From: Candidatus Babelota bacterium
GTDB taxonomy: Bacteria > Babelota > Babeliae > Babelales > Vermiphilaceae
Direction of reading: 5' to 3'
DNA: 64,000 nucleotides
Assembly: GCA_049325595.1 (NCBI GenBank)
Contig: JBMOLF010000010.1
Location: forward strand, 1 to 64,000
The first letter of the stretch is position 1, and the number at the start of each line of letters is the position of its first letter. The position numbers and the translations under genes were made by a program. Shown here one piece after another: positions 37,885 through 47,063 of this stretch. The notes under the pieces were generated by a model that had not been told where the DNA came from, made no database searches, and saw nothing but the letters and a program-made list of their open reading frames with translations.

Positions 37885-38724
37885 GTGAAAATGCGTTATA
37901 TGTGGTTATTAATAATCGGCATCCTACTTCATATAAGTAGTGTGGCTAAAGAATGTCTCACCTCATTTGTAATAGTAACTGCATCATATAATAACAAAGA
38001 TTGGTACCAAAAAAATTTACTTTCGCTTTTTGTACAAAAATATGAAAATTGGCGATTAATTTATGTTGATGATGCCTCTGATGACGGTACGGGAGCATTG
38101 GTAGAGCAATTTGTTCATGAACATGGCATGCAATCACGGGTGATGATTATAAGAAACAGTGCAAGAAGAGGGCACTTTGCTAATCAATATGATGCCATAC
38201 ACACCTGTGATCCTTCAGAAGTGGTGATAATTCTTGATGGTGATGATTGGCTAGCACATGATCAGGTATTAAATCGATTGCATGAAGTTTATCAAGATGA
38301 TGATGTGTGGCTTACGTATGGCCAATTTTGGTATTGGAAGAAAAATAAAAAAGGCTTTTGTAAACCTATTTCTCAGGAAAGATTAGAACAAGGAACAATA
38401 CGAACGCTTAAACCTTTTATGACATCTCATCTGCGAACATTTTATGCAGGATTGTATCAACAAATTCAAAAAGAACATCTTATGTATAATGATGCATTTT
38501 TTCCTATGTGTGTTGATGTTGCTACTATGATGCCTATGATAGAAATGGCTCGAACTCATGTGCGTTACTTAGATGAGATTTTGTATATTTACAATGATGC
38601 AAATCATCTTTCTTTTTTTCATGATCGCCGAAAACAACAAGAAGAACTAGAAGCATATATTAGAAAACAACCAACCTATCAGGCACTTAACCGAGTTCCA
38701 TGGGCACTAGAAAAGGATAACTAA
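37885..38724 (+). CDS. GT2 (GT-A) glycosyltransferase with signal peptide
   Basis: YVDDASDDGT, LDGDDWL and HLRTF motifs; leader MKMRYMWLLIIGILLHISSVA. Confidence 0.88.
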   Translation: MKMRYMWLLIIGILLHISSVAKECLTSFVIVTASYNNKDWYQKNLLSLFVQKYENWRLIYVDDASDDGTGALVEQFVHEHGMQSRVMIIRNSARRGHFANQYDAIHTCDPSEVVIILDGDDWLAHDQVLNRLHEVYQDDDVWLTYGQFWYWKKNKKGFCKPISQERLEQGTIRTLKPFMTSHLRTFYAGLYQQIQKEHLMYNDAFFPMCVDVATMMPMIEMARTHVRYLDEILYIYNDANHLSFFHDRRKQQEELEAYIRKQPTYQALNRVPWALEKDN

Positions 38725-40184
38725 TGCAGGGGGTATTTAAACTTTTGTTACTTTTTTTTATGGCTTTTTTTATTAATACCGATGCTAAAGAAAAAAAATT
38801 AGTAATTATAATAACCTCTTTTAACAATGCCCAATGGTATCGTGCTAATTTAGACTCAGTTTTTGACCAAGAGTATCAAAATTATCGCGTTATTTACGTA
38901 GATGACTGTTCTGATGATGGAACAGCAGAATTGGTTGAAAAATATATTGCACAACGGGACCAACAACATCGTTGTATGCTTATTAAAAATAAAAAACGAG
39001 TGCGAGCATTAGCTAATTTATATAACGCAGTGCATCTTTGTGATGACAATGAAATAATTTTTAATTTTGATGGCGATGATTGGTTTGCGCATAATAAAGT
39101 TTTTGCCATGATTAATGAAATCTATGACGATCCCAATGTGTGGATTACCTATGGTCAATTTAAAAACTGGCCTACGGAACAAATGGGTTATTGTAAGCCA
39201 TTGCCTGATGAAGTGGTACAAAAACAATTGTATCGACAAAAATGGTGGGCGCCAGGACAACTACGCACGTTTTACGCATGGTTATTTAAAAAAGTGCAAT
39301 TAAAAGATTTGTTATTTGAAGGCCCTTATTTTAGAGGACAATTTTTTCCTGCAAATTCTGATCTTGCTATTTATTATCCCATGATGGAAATGGCAGGTCA
39401 TCGCCATAAATTTATTTCAGACGTAATATACATTCGCAATGTTCAAACGCCAATTAATGATTTTAAAGCCAATAAAGATGTTCAAGTAATGGGTAGTGCT
39501 TTAATACGTGCTAAAAAGAGATATCCATTATTGCCAAGTCACTATCAACCGGTAAAAAAAGATAATGAGAAAAAGGCTGATGTTGTGATTATTTCTTCTT
39601 GTGAGGAGAAAACAGATAGGCTATTAAAATCTATAGAAAACTTAATGATTGGTATTAATAGGGTATACATTTTAAGCAATAAGGCAGCGTTTTCATATGA
39701 AGATTGCAAGCATATGGTATCTTGCCCAATTATTGTTCAAGAATATCGTACTGTCCAAGAATTAAATGAGATAGTAAGTGATGCTTCAGATTACCTTTTG
39801 TTATTAAATGATTCGTTATTGGTAATTAGATATATTAATTTAGTTGAGTGTATTGAATGGCTTGAAAAGACCTATGCTTATGGTTTTTATTTAATGCAGG
39901 ATAAAAAATCTACTCTATCGCCATTTACCGGAAACTTTCAGCCAGTTCCCATTCTTAATAAAGTGCATAGCACTATCTATGCTTGGGCTTTTCATTACGC
40001 AGATTGCGGTGATTGGCGCAATCCTTTGCAGTGGGGTTGCTTGTACAAAAAGAGCGATCTTATTCAGGCAATAAATAGTTTGCTGTTTGTTACTGGTAAT
40101 GCCGACAAGCCAAGTGAATTAATTGATCTAGAAAATATTGGGTTATGTTATAAAAAGCCTAAATTATGTCTTATTGCAAGTTAA
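38724..40184 (+). CDS. GT2 glycosyltransferase with signal peptide and second degenerate GT-A-like domain
   Basis: YVDDCSDDGT, FDGDDWF and QLRTF motifs; TAATG coupling; paralog of the previous gene. Confidence 0.88.
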   Translation: MQGVFKLLLLFFMAFFINTDAKEKKLVIIITSFNNAQWYRANLDSVFDQEYQNYRVIYVDDCSDDGTAELVEKYIAQRDQQHRCMLIKNKKRVRALANLYNAVHLCDDNEIIFNFDGDDWFAHNKVFAMINEIYDDPNVWITYGQFKNWPTEQMGYCKPLPDEVVQKQLYRQKWWAPGQLRTFYAWLFKKVQLKDLLFEGPYFRGQFFPANSDLAIYYPMMEMAGHRHKFISDVIYIRNVQTPINDFKANKDVQVMGSALIRAKKRYPLLPSHYQPVKKDNEKKADVVIISSCEEKTDRLLKSIENLMIGINRVYILSNKAAFSYEDCKHMVSCPIIVQEYRTVQELNEIVSDASDYLLLLNDSLLVIRYINLVECIEWLEKTYAYGFYLMQDKKSTLSPFTGNFQPVPILNKVHSTIYAWAFHYADCGDWRNPLQWGCLYKKSDLIQAINSLLFVTGNADKPSELIDLENIGLCYKKPKLCLIAS

Positions 40185-40293
40185 TTTAAAGATAGACATA
40201 TATTTTAAGCGTATTAATCTGTACTAAAATTGTTACAAAAAGGAAATCCAAAAACAGTTTTCCTTTTTTTGTTTTTTATTACAGAAAAAACTC

Positions 40294-40692
40294 ATGAAAT
40301 ATTTTTTATTTAGTATAATGCTCGTATTCACTGCAGATGCCATGCAGCCATATGAATTATCTTGTTTTAAGGTAACAATGCCTTCAGACCATATAATTAA
40401 AAGTAAGTTGTCAAAAGATGAAAATTTTAAAGATCTCACGATAAAAAGTGAATTGCATAAGCAATTGAGTGAAAAAATTTTAACCTATCGTGAACTTAAT
40501 AGCATAGTAGCCCGAGCCATAGAGCAATGGGCAGAATATCATCATAATGGAATGATACTACTTTTTGCCGATCAAACAGTTCCTTTGGTAGTTAAAACAA
40601 TATTTAAAAATAAGCCTACTATAATACAGAGTTATGAGCGTTTTTTAACTATTGAAAAAGAGTTGAAAGAAGTTAACCGATATTTAGTTTAA
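40294..40692 (+). CDS. Hypothetical secreted protein
   Basis: Leader MKYFLFSIMLVFTADA|M. Confidence 0.7.
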   Translation: MKYFLFSIMLVFTADAMQPYELSCFKVTMPSDHIIKSKLSKDENFKDLTIKSELHKQLSEKILTYRELNSIVARAIEQWAEYHHNGMILLFADQTVPLVVKTIFKNKPTIIQSYERFLTIEKELKEVNRYLV

Positions 40693-40796
40693 TTTATCTG
40701 ATGAAATAATAATGTTTGTAATTAAGTATCTATTTTCTTGATTGCAAATAACTGTACGTCGGATACTAAAATCAAAACAAGAAAGGAGTATCCGTT

Positions 40797-41204
40797 ATGA
40801 AAGCAGTTAAGGTTTTATTTTTCAGCATATTTTTTTTAGCAACTCAGGCTCATAATCATCAGCAAAAATATGCACAAAGAGTTAAGCAGTATTTTAACTC
40901 CTATCAAAAAGAATTTGCACAAGGTTTTGCTTTGGGTGCTGCTAGTGCAATAGGAATTGATTTTTTAAGAAATAAGGTATTACCAAACCTAGATGAATTA
41001 AAGCTCCATCAAAGAACAGGCATTTGCAGAGATCAACTTACCGGTCAATTAAAAGTAGCGTCAGCATTAGTAGGAGTTGCAGCACTTGAGAATAATCAAT
41101 TTGCTGATATTAATAACACAATAATACGCACCATTGGTGTACTTGTTGGCGCCAATTTTGCTGCATTCGCAACAAAATATGTTTCTGAATTATTAAAGAA
41201 ATAA
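40797..41204 (+). CDS. Hypothetical secreted protein with Gly/Ala-rich hydrophobic helices
   Basis: SD AAAGGAG; signal ...ATQA; GFALGAASAIG and IGVLVGANF. Confidence 0.75.
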   Translation: MKAVKVLFFSIFFLATQAHNHQQKYAQRVKQYFNSYQKEFAQGFALGAASAIGIDFLRNKVLPNLDELKLHQRTGICRDQLTGQLKVASALVGVAALENNQFADINNTIIRTIGVLVGANFAAFATKYVSELLKK

Positions 41205-41220
41205 TAAGTAATTTTGCAGA

Positions 41221-41248
41221 GGCTCCTTTTATAGGAGCCCTTTTTTTT
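41221..41248 (+). terminator. Intrinsic terminator
   Basis: ggctcct-tttat-aggagcc followed by a T-tract. Confidence 0.7.
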
Positions 41249-42158
41249 ACTTTGATTGAGCTAATTTTTCTTCATGTTGTCTAATTAATTCAGCAATTTC
41301 GGGTGTACCGCCTTTTAAAGCATATTCATAGGCACCTGTTATTGATGCTCCATGCTCAAGTAAAAAATCAACCATTCCTATATTTTTCTGGTTAATGGCC
41401 ATTTCTAATGGAGTTTGGTTTAAGCCGCCCACTCCCGATTTTATATTAACATCTGCACCTTGTGATAATAAATATTCTAGCGCCTGATAATTTCCTACAG
41501 TAACTGCGATTTCTATCGGTGTTCGGTTACAATTATCTTTGTTATTAACATCAATGCCTTTTTTTATAATTTTTTTTATTAATAGAATGTTTGCGCTGGT
41601 AGCAATAGCGCTATTTAAAATATCGATGTCTGCATTTGCCCCTGATTCTAATAATTTTAATGCTAAGTTGTTATTGCGGAAATTTAGTGCCACTGTTAGG
41701 GGAGACATAGAATGGCTTACTTGATTTATATCAGCATTTTCAGCAATAAGTAGATCTACTAAGGGATAGTTTTCTTTCCAAATAGCTCTTACAAGCGGAG
41801 AGTTTTCCATCTTATCTTTTTTATTTACATTAGCTCCATATTGTAAAAGTAATTTGGCAATATCAATACTAGTTTTATCTTTATTGCTGGCAATTAAAGT
41901 AAGAGGAGTGTAATGCAAAGTTCCTTCTTTAATTTGCCAGGATAAATCTTCATCTGGTGAAGCGCCTGATTCTAAAGCAAATTTTACTTTTTTAAGATTA
42001 TTTTCTTGTAATCCTTCGAGCAACTCAATTTTAGGATCAAATCGTTGAATGATTTGTGTAGCAATAGTACGGCATTCTTCTTTTTGTGCAGCATCACAGC
42101 TAATGCCTGCTAAACAGCAAATAAAAATAAACGTTAATGACAATTTTCTTATTAACAT
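41247..42158 (-). CDS. Secreted ankyrin-repeat protein (tandem copy 1)
   Basis: Signal peptide; multiple TPL...GADVN repeats. Confidence 0.9.
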   Translation of the reverse strand: MLIRKLSLTFIFICCLAGISCDAAQKEECRTIATQIIQRFDPKIELLEGLQENNLKKVKFALESGASPDEDLSWQIKEGTLHYTPLTLIASNKDKTSIDIAKLLLQYGANVNKKDKMENSPLVRAIWKENYPLVDLLIAENADINQVSHSMSPLTVALNFRNNNLALKLLESGANADIDILNSAIATSANILLIKKIIKKGIDVNNKDNCNRTPIEIAVTVGNYQALEYLLSQGADVNIKSGVGGLNQTPLEMAINQKNIGMVDFLLEHGASITGAYEYALKGGTPEIAELIRQHEEKLAQSK

Positions 42159-42168
42159 GTTTTTCCTT

Positions 42169-42906
42169 TTATAAATCTATTTTTGATTGAGCTAATTTTT
42201 CTTCATGCTGTCTAATTAATTCAGCAATTTCTGAGGTACTATTTCGCAATGCATATTGATAAGCCCCTGTTGTGTGAACACCATGATCTAATAATAATTG
42301 TACAATCTCAGGATTCTTGCCAAGAATTGCTTTTTGTAAAGGACTAATATTTTGTGGACCAGCACGAAGATTTACATCGGCGCCTGCAGCTAATATTTTA
42401 GCGATAAGAGGTATGTTGCCACTATCAAGAGCTATATATAAAGGAGTTCTGTTAAAACCATCTTTTGTATTTACCTTTGCATTATGGGCAATAAAAAAAT
42501 CAACCAAGTCTGATTGATTGTTATATAAAGCTATATGGATTGGAATATCACCTTCACCATCCGGTTTGTTAACATCTGCGCCATACTGTACAAGTAACTG
42601 CGCCACGGGTAATGCATTTTTGTATGATATTGCTAAAGTGAGTGGCGTTCTATGGATTTGTTTGAATACAGAAGGAGCCAGTTGTAGAGTTGTCGTATAA
42701 TCATGATTTGCAGATGCGCCAAGCTTGAGAGCGTCTTCTATTTGTTCTAAGTTGCCTAATTGAATTCCTGCAAATAATTCCTGTATTGATTGGTGAATTA
42801 TTTGTTCTGCTATATCTCGCGCTTCTTGTTTTTGTGCAGCATTACCTGCATTAATGATTAATGTACTGTAGACAAGAGCATATAAAAGTAAATTTTTTAT
42901 TAACAT
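42169..42906 (-). CDS. Secreted ankyrin-repeat protein (tandem copy 2; start ~42906)
   Basis: Signal peptide; ankyrin repeats; C-terminus shared with copy 1. Confidence 0.9.
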   Translation of the reverse strand: MLIKNLLLYALVYSTLIINAGNAAQKQEARDIAEQIIHQSIQELFAGIQLGNLEQIEDALKLGASANHDYTTTLQLAPSVFKQIHRTPLTLAISYKNALPVAQLLVQYGADVNKPDGEGDIPIHIALYNNQSDLVDFFIAHNAKVNTKDGFNRTPLYIALDSGNIPLIAKILAAGADVNLRAGPQNISPLQKAILGKNPEIVQLLLDHGVHTTGAYQYALRNSTSEIAELIRQHEEKLAQSKIDL

Positions 42907-42928
42907 TGTCCTCTCCATTTTATGATCT

Positions 42929-43651
42929 TTATTTTTGCTCTTTTAACGTTTCTTCATGTTTGCGAATTAGTTCGGCAATTTCTGGCGTGCAATATTGCAA
43001 TGCATAGTGATAAGCGCCAATTGTGTTAGCACCATACGTTAAGAAAAGCTTAACAATTTCAGTTTTTTTTCTAAAAATAGCTTCTTGTAAAGGAGTTTTT
43101 AAATGAGGTGCCATAAAAGCATTAGGGTTTGCTCCATGACTTAAAAGTTTTTCTATTATTTGTTTGTTGCCGACCTCTATTGCTATATGTAAGGGGTTTT
43201 GATAGTTCCGATCTTTTAAATTAATGTCTGCATTATTGGCAATAAACAAATCCACTAATTCTGGTCGATTTAAAAATATAGCTAAATGAAGAGGGAGGTT
43301 GCCTTGACCATCTTGTTTATTAACATTTGCATCATATTTGAGCAATAATGTGGCAATATTAAAAGCATCTTTAGATTGAATTGCCAGAGTAAGAGGAGTT
43401 TTATGAAATGTGGTTATGGTATTAGTGGAAGGAAGCTGCGCTTGCCATGTTACATCTTCATTTGGTGACGCGCCTAAATCAAGAGCGAGTCTTATTTTAT
43501 CTAAATTATTTTCTGTTATCCCATCAAATAATTCTTGTACTGCTTGTTGAATAACTTGTTGAGCAATATCTCGCGCTTCATGTTTTTGCAAAGCATGCAG
43601 ACCTGGTATGACAAGTAGCGCTAGGCTTAATAATTTAATCATAAATTTCAT
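42929..43651 (-). CDS. Secreted ankyrin-repeat protein (tandem copy 3; start ~43651)
   Basis: Signal peptide; ankyrin repeats; EARDIA.Q and TPEIAELIR motifs shared with the other copies. Confidence 0.9.
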   Translation of the reverse strand: MKFMIKLLSLALLVIPGLHALQKHEARDIAQQVIQQAVQELFDGITENNLDKIRLALDLGASPNEDVTWQAQLPSTNTITTFHKTPLTLAIQSKDAFNIATLLLKYDANVNKQDGQGNLPLHLAIFLNRPELVDLFIANNADINLKDRNYQNPLHIAIEVGNKQIIEKLLSHGANPNAFMAPHLKTPLQEAIFRKKTEIVKLFLTYGANTIGAYHYALQYCTPEIAELIRKHEETLKEQK

Positions 43652-43773
43652 TCTTTTCCCATTAAAAATCAAAATTGTAATTAATTTTAATATAACAAAA
43701 AACATGGGTAAAAAGACATATTTACTATAAGAAAAAGTAGGAGATTTGGGTTAAAATAAATTTTTATTATCAG

Positions 43774-44187
43774 TTATCGGATATTTAGTCGATCGATGAT
43801 TATTTTTAAAGTTTTATGGTAATTATCAAAATGATCAACAAGGGTTTGAGCAAGTTTTTCATTGTAAGTATGAGATGTTAAATTTCTATCTTTTATCATT
43901 TGAGATAAGAGCTCAAATTCAGATTCGGTAATCGTGTTTGTTTGTAAAGCTACTCGTAATATTTGGCCAGAAGAAACAAAAGTAAATGGAATACCGTGAA
44001 TAGCTTCAATATAATCACGTAGAAATCTGCAAAAAACTATCACATTAAGTGCAAATTGTTTGATCATCGAATCACGATATAAGTCCTTTAATTCTCCAAA
44101 ATCTTGTTGCAAATAAAGATTTATTGAATTTGAAAATCTGGTAAGACATTTTTCAGCGATTAAATATTGTTGTTTTACACAATTCAT
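43774..44187 (-). CDS. HEPN-domain protein, HI0074/nucleotidyltransferase substrate-binding family
   Basis: RDSMI..F and MIKDRNLTSHTYNE (Rx4H) motifs. Confidence 0.8.
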   Translation of the reverse strand: MNCVKQQYLIAEKCLTRFSNSINLYLQQDFGELKDLYRDSMIKQFALNVIVFCRFLRDYIEAIHGIPFTFVSSGQILRVALQTNTITESEFELLSQMIKDRNLTSHTYNEKLAQTLVDHFDNYHKTLKIIIDRLNIR

Positions 44188-44333
44188 ACGATTAACAAAA
44201 GTATTACATTTTTTATCTTATAGCCTAATTTATTTAGTATTAGTTGCCAATTCAAAAAAAGCTGCTAGAGTGTTTGGCCGAAAAGGAATCAAAAATAACG
44301 TAGTGTCTTTAAAATAAAAAAAGAAGATTTGTA

Positions 44334-44921
44334 ATGAAAATTAATCACTTCCAACTAGTTATCTATTTTATCTGTTCTTTTTTTGCTACAAATGGGCAGC
44401 AAGATTCAAATCATTTTGTTTTTTGCGATTTAATAAAATCGCAGACATTATGTCCTAAGTCAGATTATGCGCAAGCAGTTAACTATTTGCCAATTTGTTG
44501 TGTTGATATTTTTGTATTTAACCAAAAAACACACCAATATTTTATGGTACTGCGCAAACAAAAACCAGCACAACATGAATGGTGGTATCCAGGTGGTAGA
44601 CTCTTTAAGGGCGAATCTTTTTTTGAATGTGCGATTCGTAAATGTCGTGATGAAGTTGGGTTGCACGTTAAGCCTCTTGCTGAGCTTGGTGTGTATTCAA
44701 CAATTTTTCCTGATTCTGAATGGAACTGCCAAACGCATACCGTTAATATAGCAGTATTAGCATTGTTAGAAGAAAACTCATTCATTCAATTAGACCACGA
44801 TCATGAGCAAGGACAGTGGGTTGATGTCAGTATTGTTCCCAAAAATCCTTATCTTAAAGCTTTGTATGACAAGGCAATTTCTTATTTAAATTCACATAAT
44901 CTTAATCAAGGAATCTTATGA
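44334..44921 (+). CDS. gmm: GDP-mannose mannosyl hydrolase-like NUDIX with signal peptide
   Basis: P..CVD, R...PAQ..W.YPGGR..KGE and TH.V motifs as in Gmm/WcaH; next to gmd and fcl. Confidence 0.75.
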   Translation: MKINHFQLVIYFICSFFATNGQQDSNHFVFCDLIKSQTLCPKSDYAQAVNYLPICCVDIFVFNQKTHQYFMVLRKQKPAQHEWWYPGGRLFKGESFFECAIRKCRDEVGLHVKPLAELGVYSTIFPDSEWNCQTHTVNIAVLALLEENSFIQLDHDHEQGQWVDVSIVPKNPYLKALYDKAISYLNSHNLNQGIL

Positions 44922-46024
44922 ATATAAAAAAAATTTATTTTGCATTATGCATAGTAGGTGTAAATGTATTGGCTTCTGAATATGAAACTGAAAAAGTAGC
45001 TCTTGTTTGGGGTATGGGCCAAGATGGTAAATATTTATCAAAACTATTATTAGATAAAGAATATAAAGTATATGGCATAGGCAAATCAGCTGATCAAAAA
45101 GATTTTAGACAAAATGTATATGATTTTCTTGGTATAGAAGAAGATTCAAGATGTTTTAAGCTATTTCAAGGAGATATTTCAGATTCTAACTGCGTTTTTA
45201 ATAAGTTGTCTAAAATTAGACCGACACAGATTTATAATTTAGCGGCACAAAGTAGTATCCCCGAATCTTTTAAAAATCCTGATCAAACTTATCAAACAAA
45301 TTTTGAAGGAACACTGAATATTTTAGAAACAATGCAAAGTTTGGATTTATGGCATATAAAATTTGTTCAGGCAGCTTCCATAGAAATTTTTACGGGTACT
45401 AAAGCTGATTGTTATGATGAAAATTCTTTGCTTTCTGCGTGTTCGCCCTATGGCACCTCAAAATTGCTAGCTTATAAAATGCTACAGCGTTACCGTAAGA
45501 GATATGGAACAAATGCGGGGAATGCGATTTTATGTAATCACGAATCACCTGAACGACCTGAAGGTTTTATTACTCAAAAAGTTGCAAAAGCAGTAGCAGA
45601 AATTTTTTTAGGAAAAAGAGATAATTTTTCTGTTGGCAATATTCATGCGCAACGTGATTGGGGACATGCTCGCGATTATGTAAAAGCCATGAAAAAAATG
45701 GCTGATCAAGCAAAAATGGACGATTATATAATAGCAACTGGCAAAGTTCATTCAGTTAAAGATTTAATAGAAAGCGCTTTTTCTCATACCGGACGTACTA
45801 TTGTATGGTCAGGAGAAGGCATAGATGAAAAAGGTTGTGATAGTAAAACAGGTCACGTATTAGTAACAATAAACCCAGAATTTTATAGACCAAATGAGGC
45901 ACAAGTAACTACCGGCAATACAAAAAAAATATACGAAAAGTTATATTGGCAACCAGAAACCACCTTTGATGAATTAGTAAAAGAAATGGTGGAAACACAA
46001 ATTAAAAAACTACAAACAAAATAA
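44918..46024 (+). CDS. Divergent GDP-mannose 4,6-dehydratase paralog with signal peptide
   Basis: [39 protein letters not shown] and YRPNE motifs. Confidence 0.85.
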   Translation: MNIKKIYFALCIVGVNVLASEYETEKVALVWGMGQDGKYLSKLLLDKEYKVYGIGKSADQKDFRQNVYDFLGIEEDSRCFKLFQGDISDSNCVFNKLSKIRPTQIYNLAAQSSIPESFKNPDQTYQTNFEGTLNILETMQSLDLWHIKFVQAASIEIFTGTKADCYDENSLLSACSPYGTSKLLAYKMLQRYRKRYGTNAGNAILCNHESPERPEGFITQKVAKAVAEIFLGKRDNFSVGNIHAQRDWGHARDYVKAMKKMADQAKMDDYIIATGKVHSVKDLIESAFSHTGRTIVWSGEGIDEKGCDSKTGHVLVTINPEFYRPNEAQVTTGNTKKIYEKLYWQPETTFDELVKEMVETQIKKLQTK

Positions 46025-46036
46025 GGAGTAAACACG

Positions 46037-47053
46037 ATGTTAAAAAAAATAGTATTATCACTTTTATTAGTAACTATGGTAAATACGAATGCCAATGTGG
46101 CACCAATGCCTAAAGATGCTAAGATTTTTGTAGCAGGCCATCGTGGATTGGTAGGTTCGCATATTGTTGATGAGTTACATGCTCAAGGTTACACGAACAT
46201 TTTAACTAGAACCAAAGATGAACTTGATTTATGCAATGCACAAGCAGTAGATGAATTTTTTGAAAAAGAAAAACCGGAGTATGTGTTTTTAGCAGCAGCA
46301 AAAGTTGGTGGTATTTTGGCTAACAATACCTATCCAGCCGATTTTATTGCACAAAATCTTGCCATTGAATTAAATATAATTCAATCTTCTCATAAATACG
46401 GCGTAAAAAAACTTCTCTTCTTAGGTTCTTCATGCATTTATCCACGCATGTGTCCACAACCAATTAAAGAAGAATATTTGTTGACCAGTGAATTAGAGCC
46501 AACTAATGAGCCATATGCTATTGCTAAGATTGCTGGTATTAAATTATGCCAATCTTATAATCGCCAACATGGCACGAAATTTATTGCTTGCATGCCAACA
46601 AACTTATATGGTCCTAAAGACAACTTTAATTTACAAAATTCTCATGTATTACCGGCACTACTTTCCAAAATTCATACCGCAAAAGTGAATGGTGATAAAC
46701 AAGTTACCGTGTGGGGCACCGGTACACCGCGCCGCGAGTTTTTATACGTTGAAGACCTTGCCCAAGCATGTGTTTTCTTAATGAATAATTACGAAGGTAA
46801 TGAAGTGGTAAATGTAGGTACCGGCACCGATGTTACTATTGCAGAATTAGTTTCAATGATCGCCAAAGTTGTTGGCTTTGAAGGTGACTTAGTGTACGAC
46901 ACTACTAAGCCTGATGGTACGCCACGCAAATTATTAAATGTTGATAAATTAACTTCACTTGGCTGGAAAGCTAAAATATCGTTAGAAGATGGCATTAAAA
47001 AGACCTATGAATGGTATTTGCAAAATGTGGAAAAAGAAATGATCAAAAAATAA
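46037..47053 (+). CDS. fcl: GDP-L-fucose synthase with signal peptide
   Basis: [37 protein letters not shown] and KPDGTPRK motifs. Confidence 0.96.
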   Translation: MLKKIVLSLLLVTMVNTNANVAPMPKDAKIFVAGHRGLVGSHIVDELHAQGYTNILTRTKDELDLCNAQAVDEFFEKEKPEYVFLAAAKVGGILANNTYPADFIAQNLAIELNIIQSSHKYGVKKLLFLGSSCIYPRMCPQPIKEEYLLTSELEPTNEPYAIAKIAGIKLCQSYNRQHGTKFIACMPTNLYGPKDNFNLQNSHVLPALLSKIHTAKVNGDKQVTVWGTGTPRREFLYVEDLAQACVFLMNNYEGNEVVNVGTGTDVTIAELVSMIAKVVGFEGDLVYDTTKPDGTPRKLLNVDKLTSLGWKAKISLEDGIKKTYEWYLQNVEKEMIKK

Positions 47054-47063
47054 GAGGGAAGTA

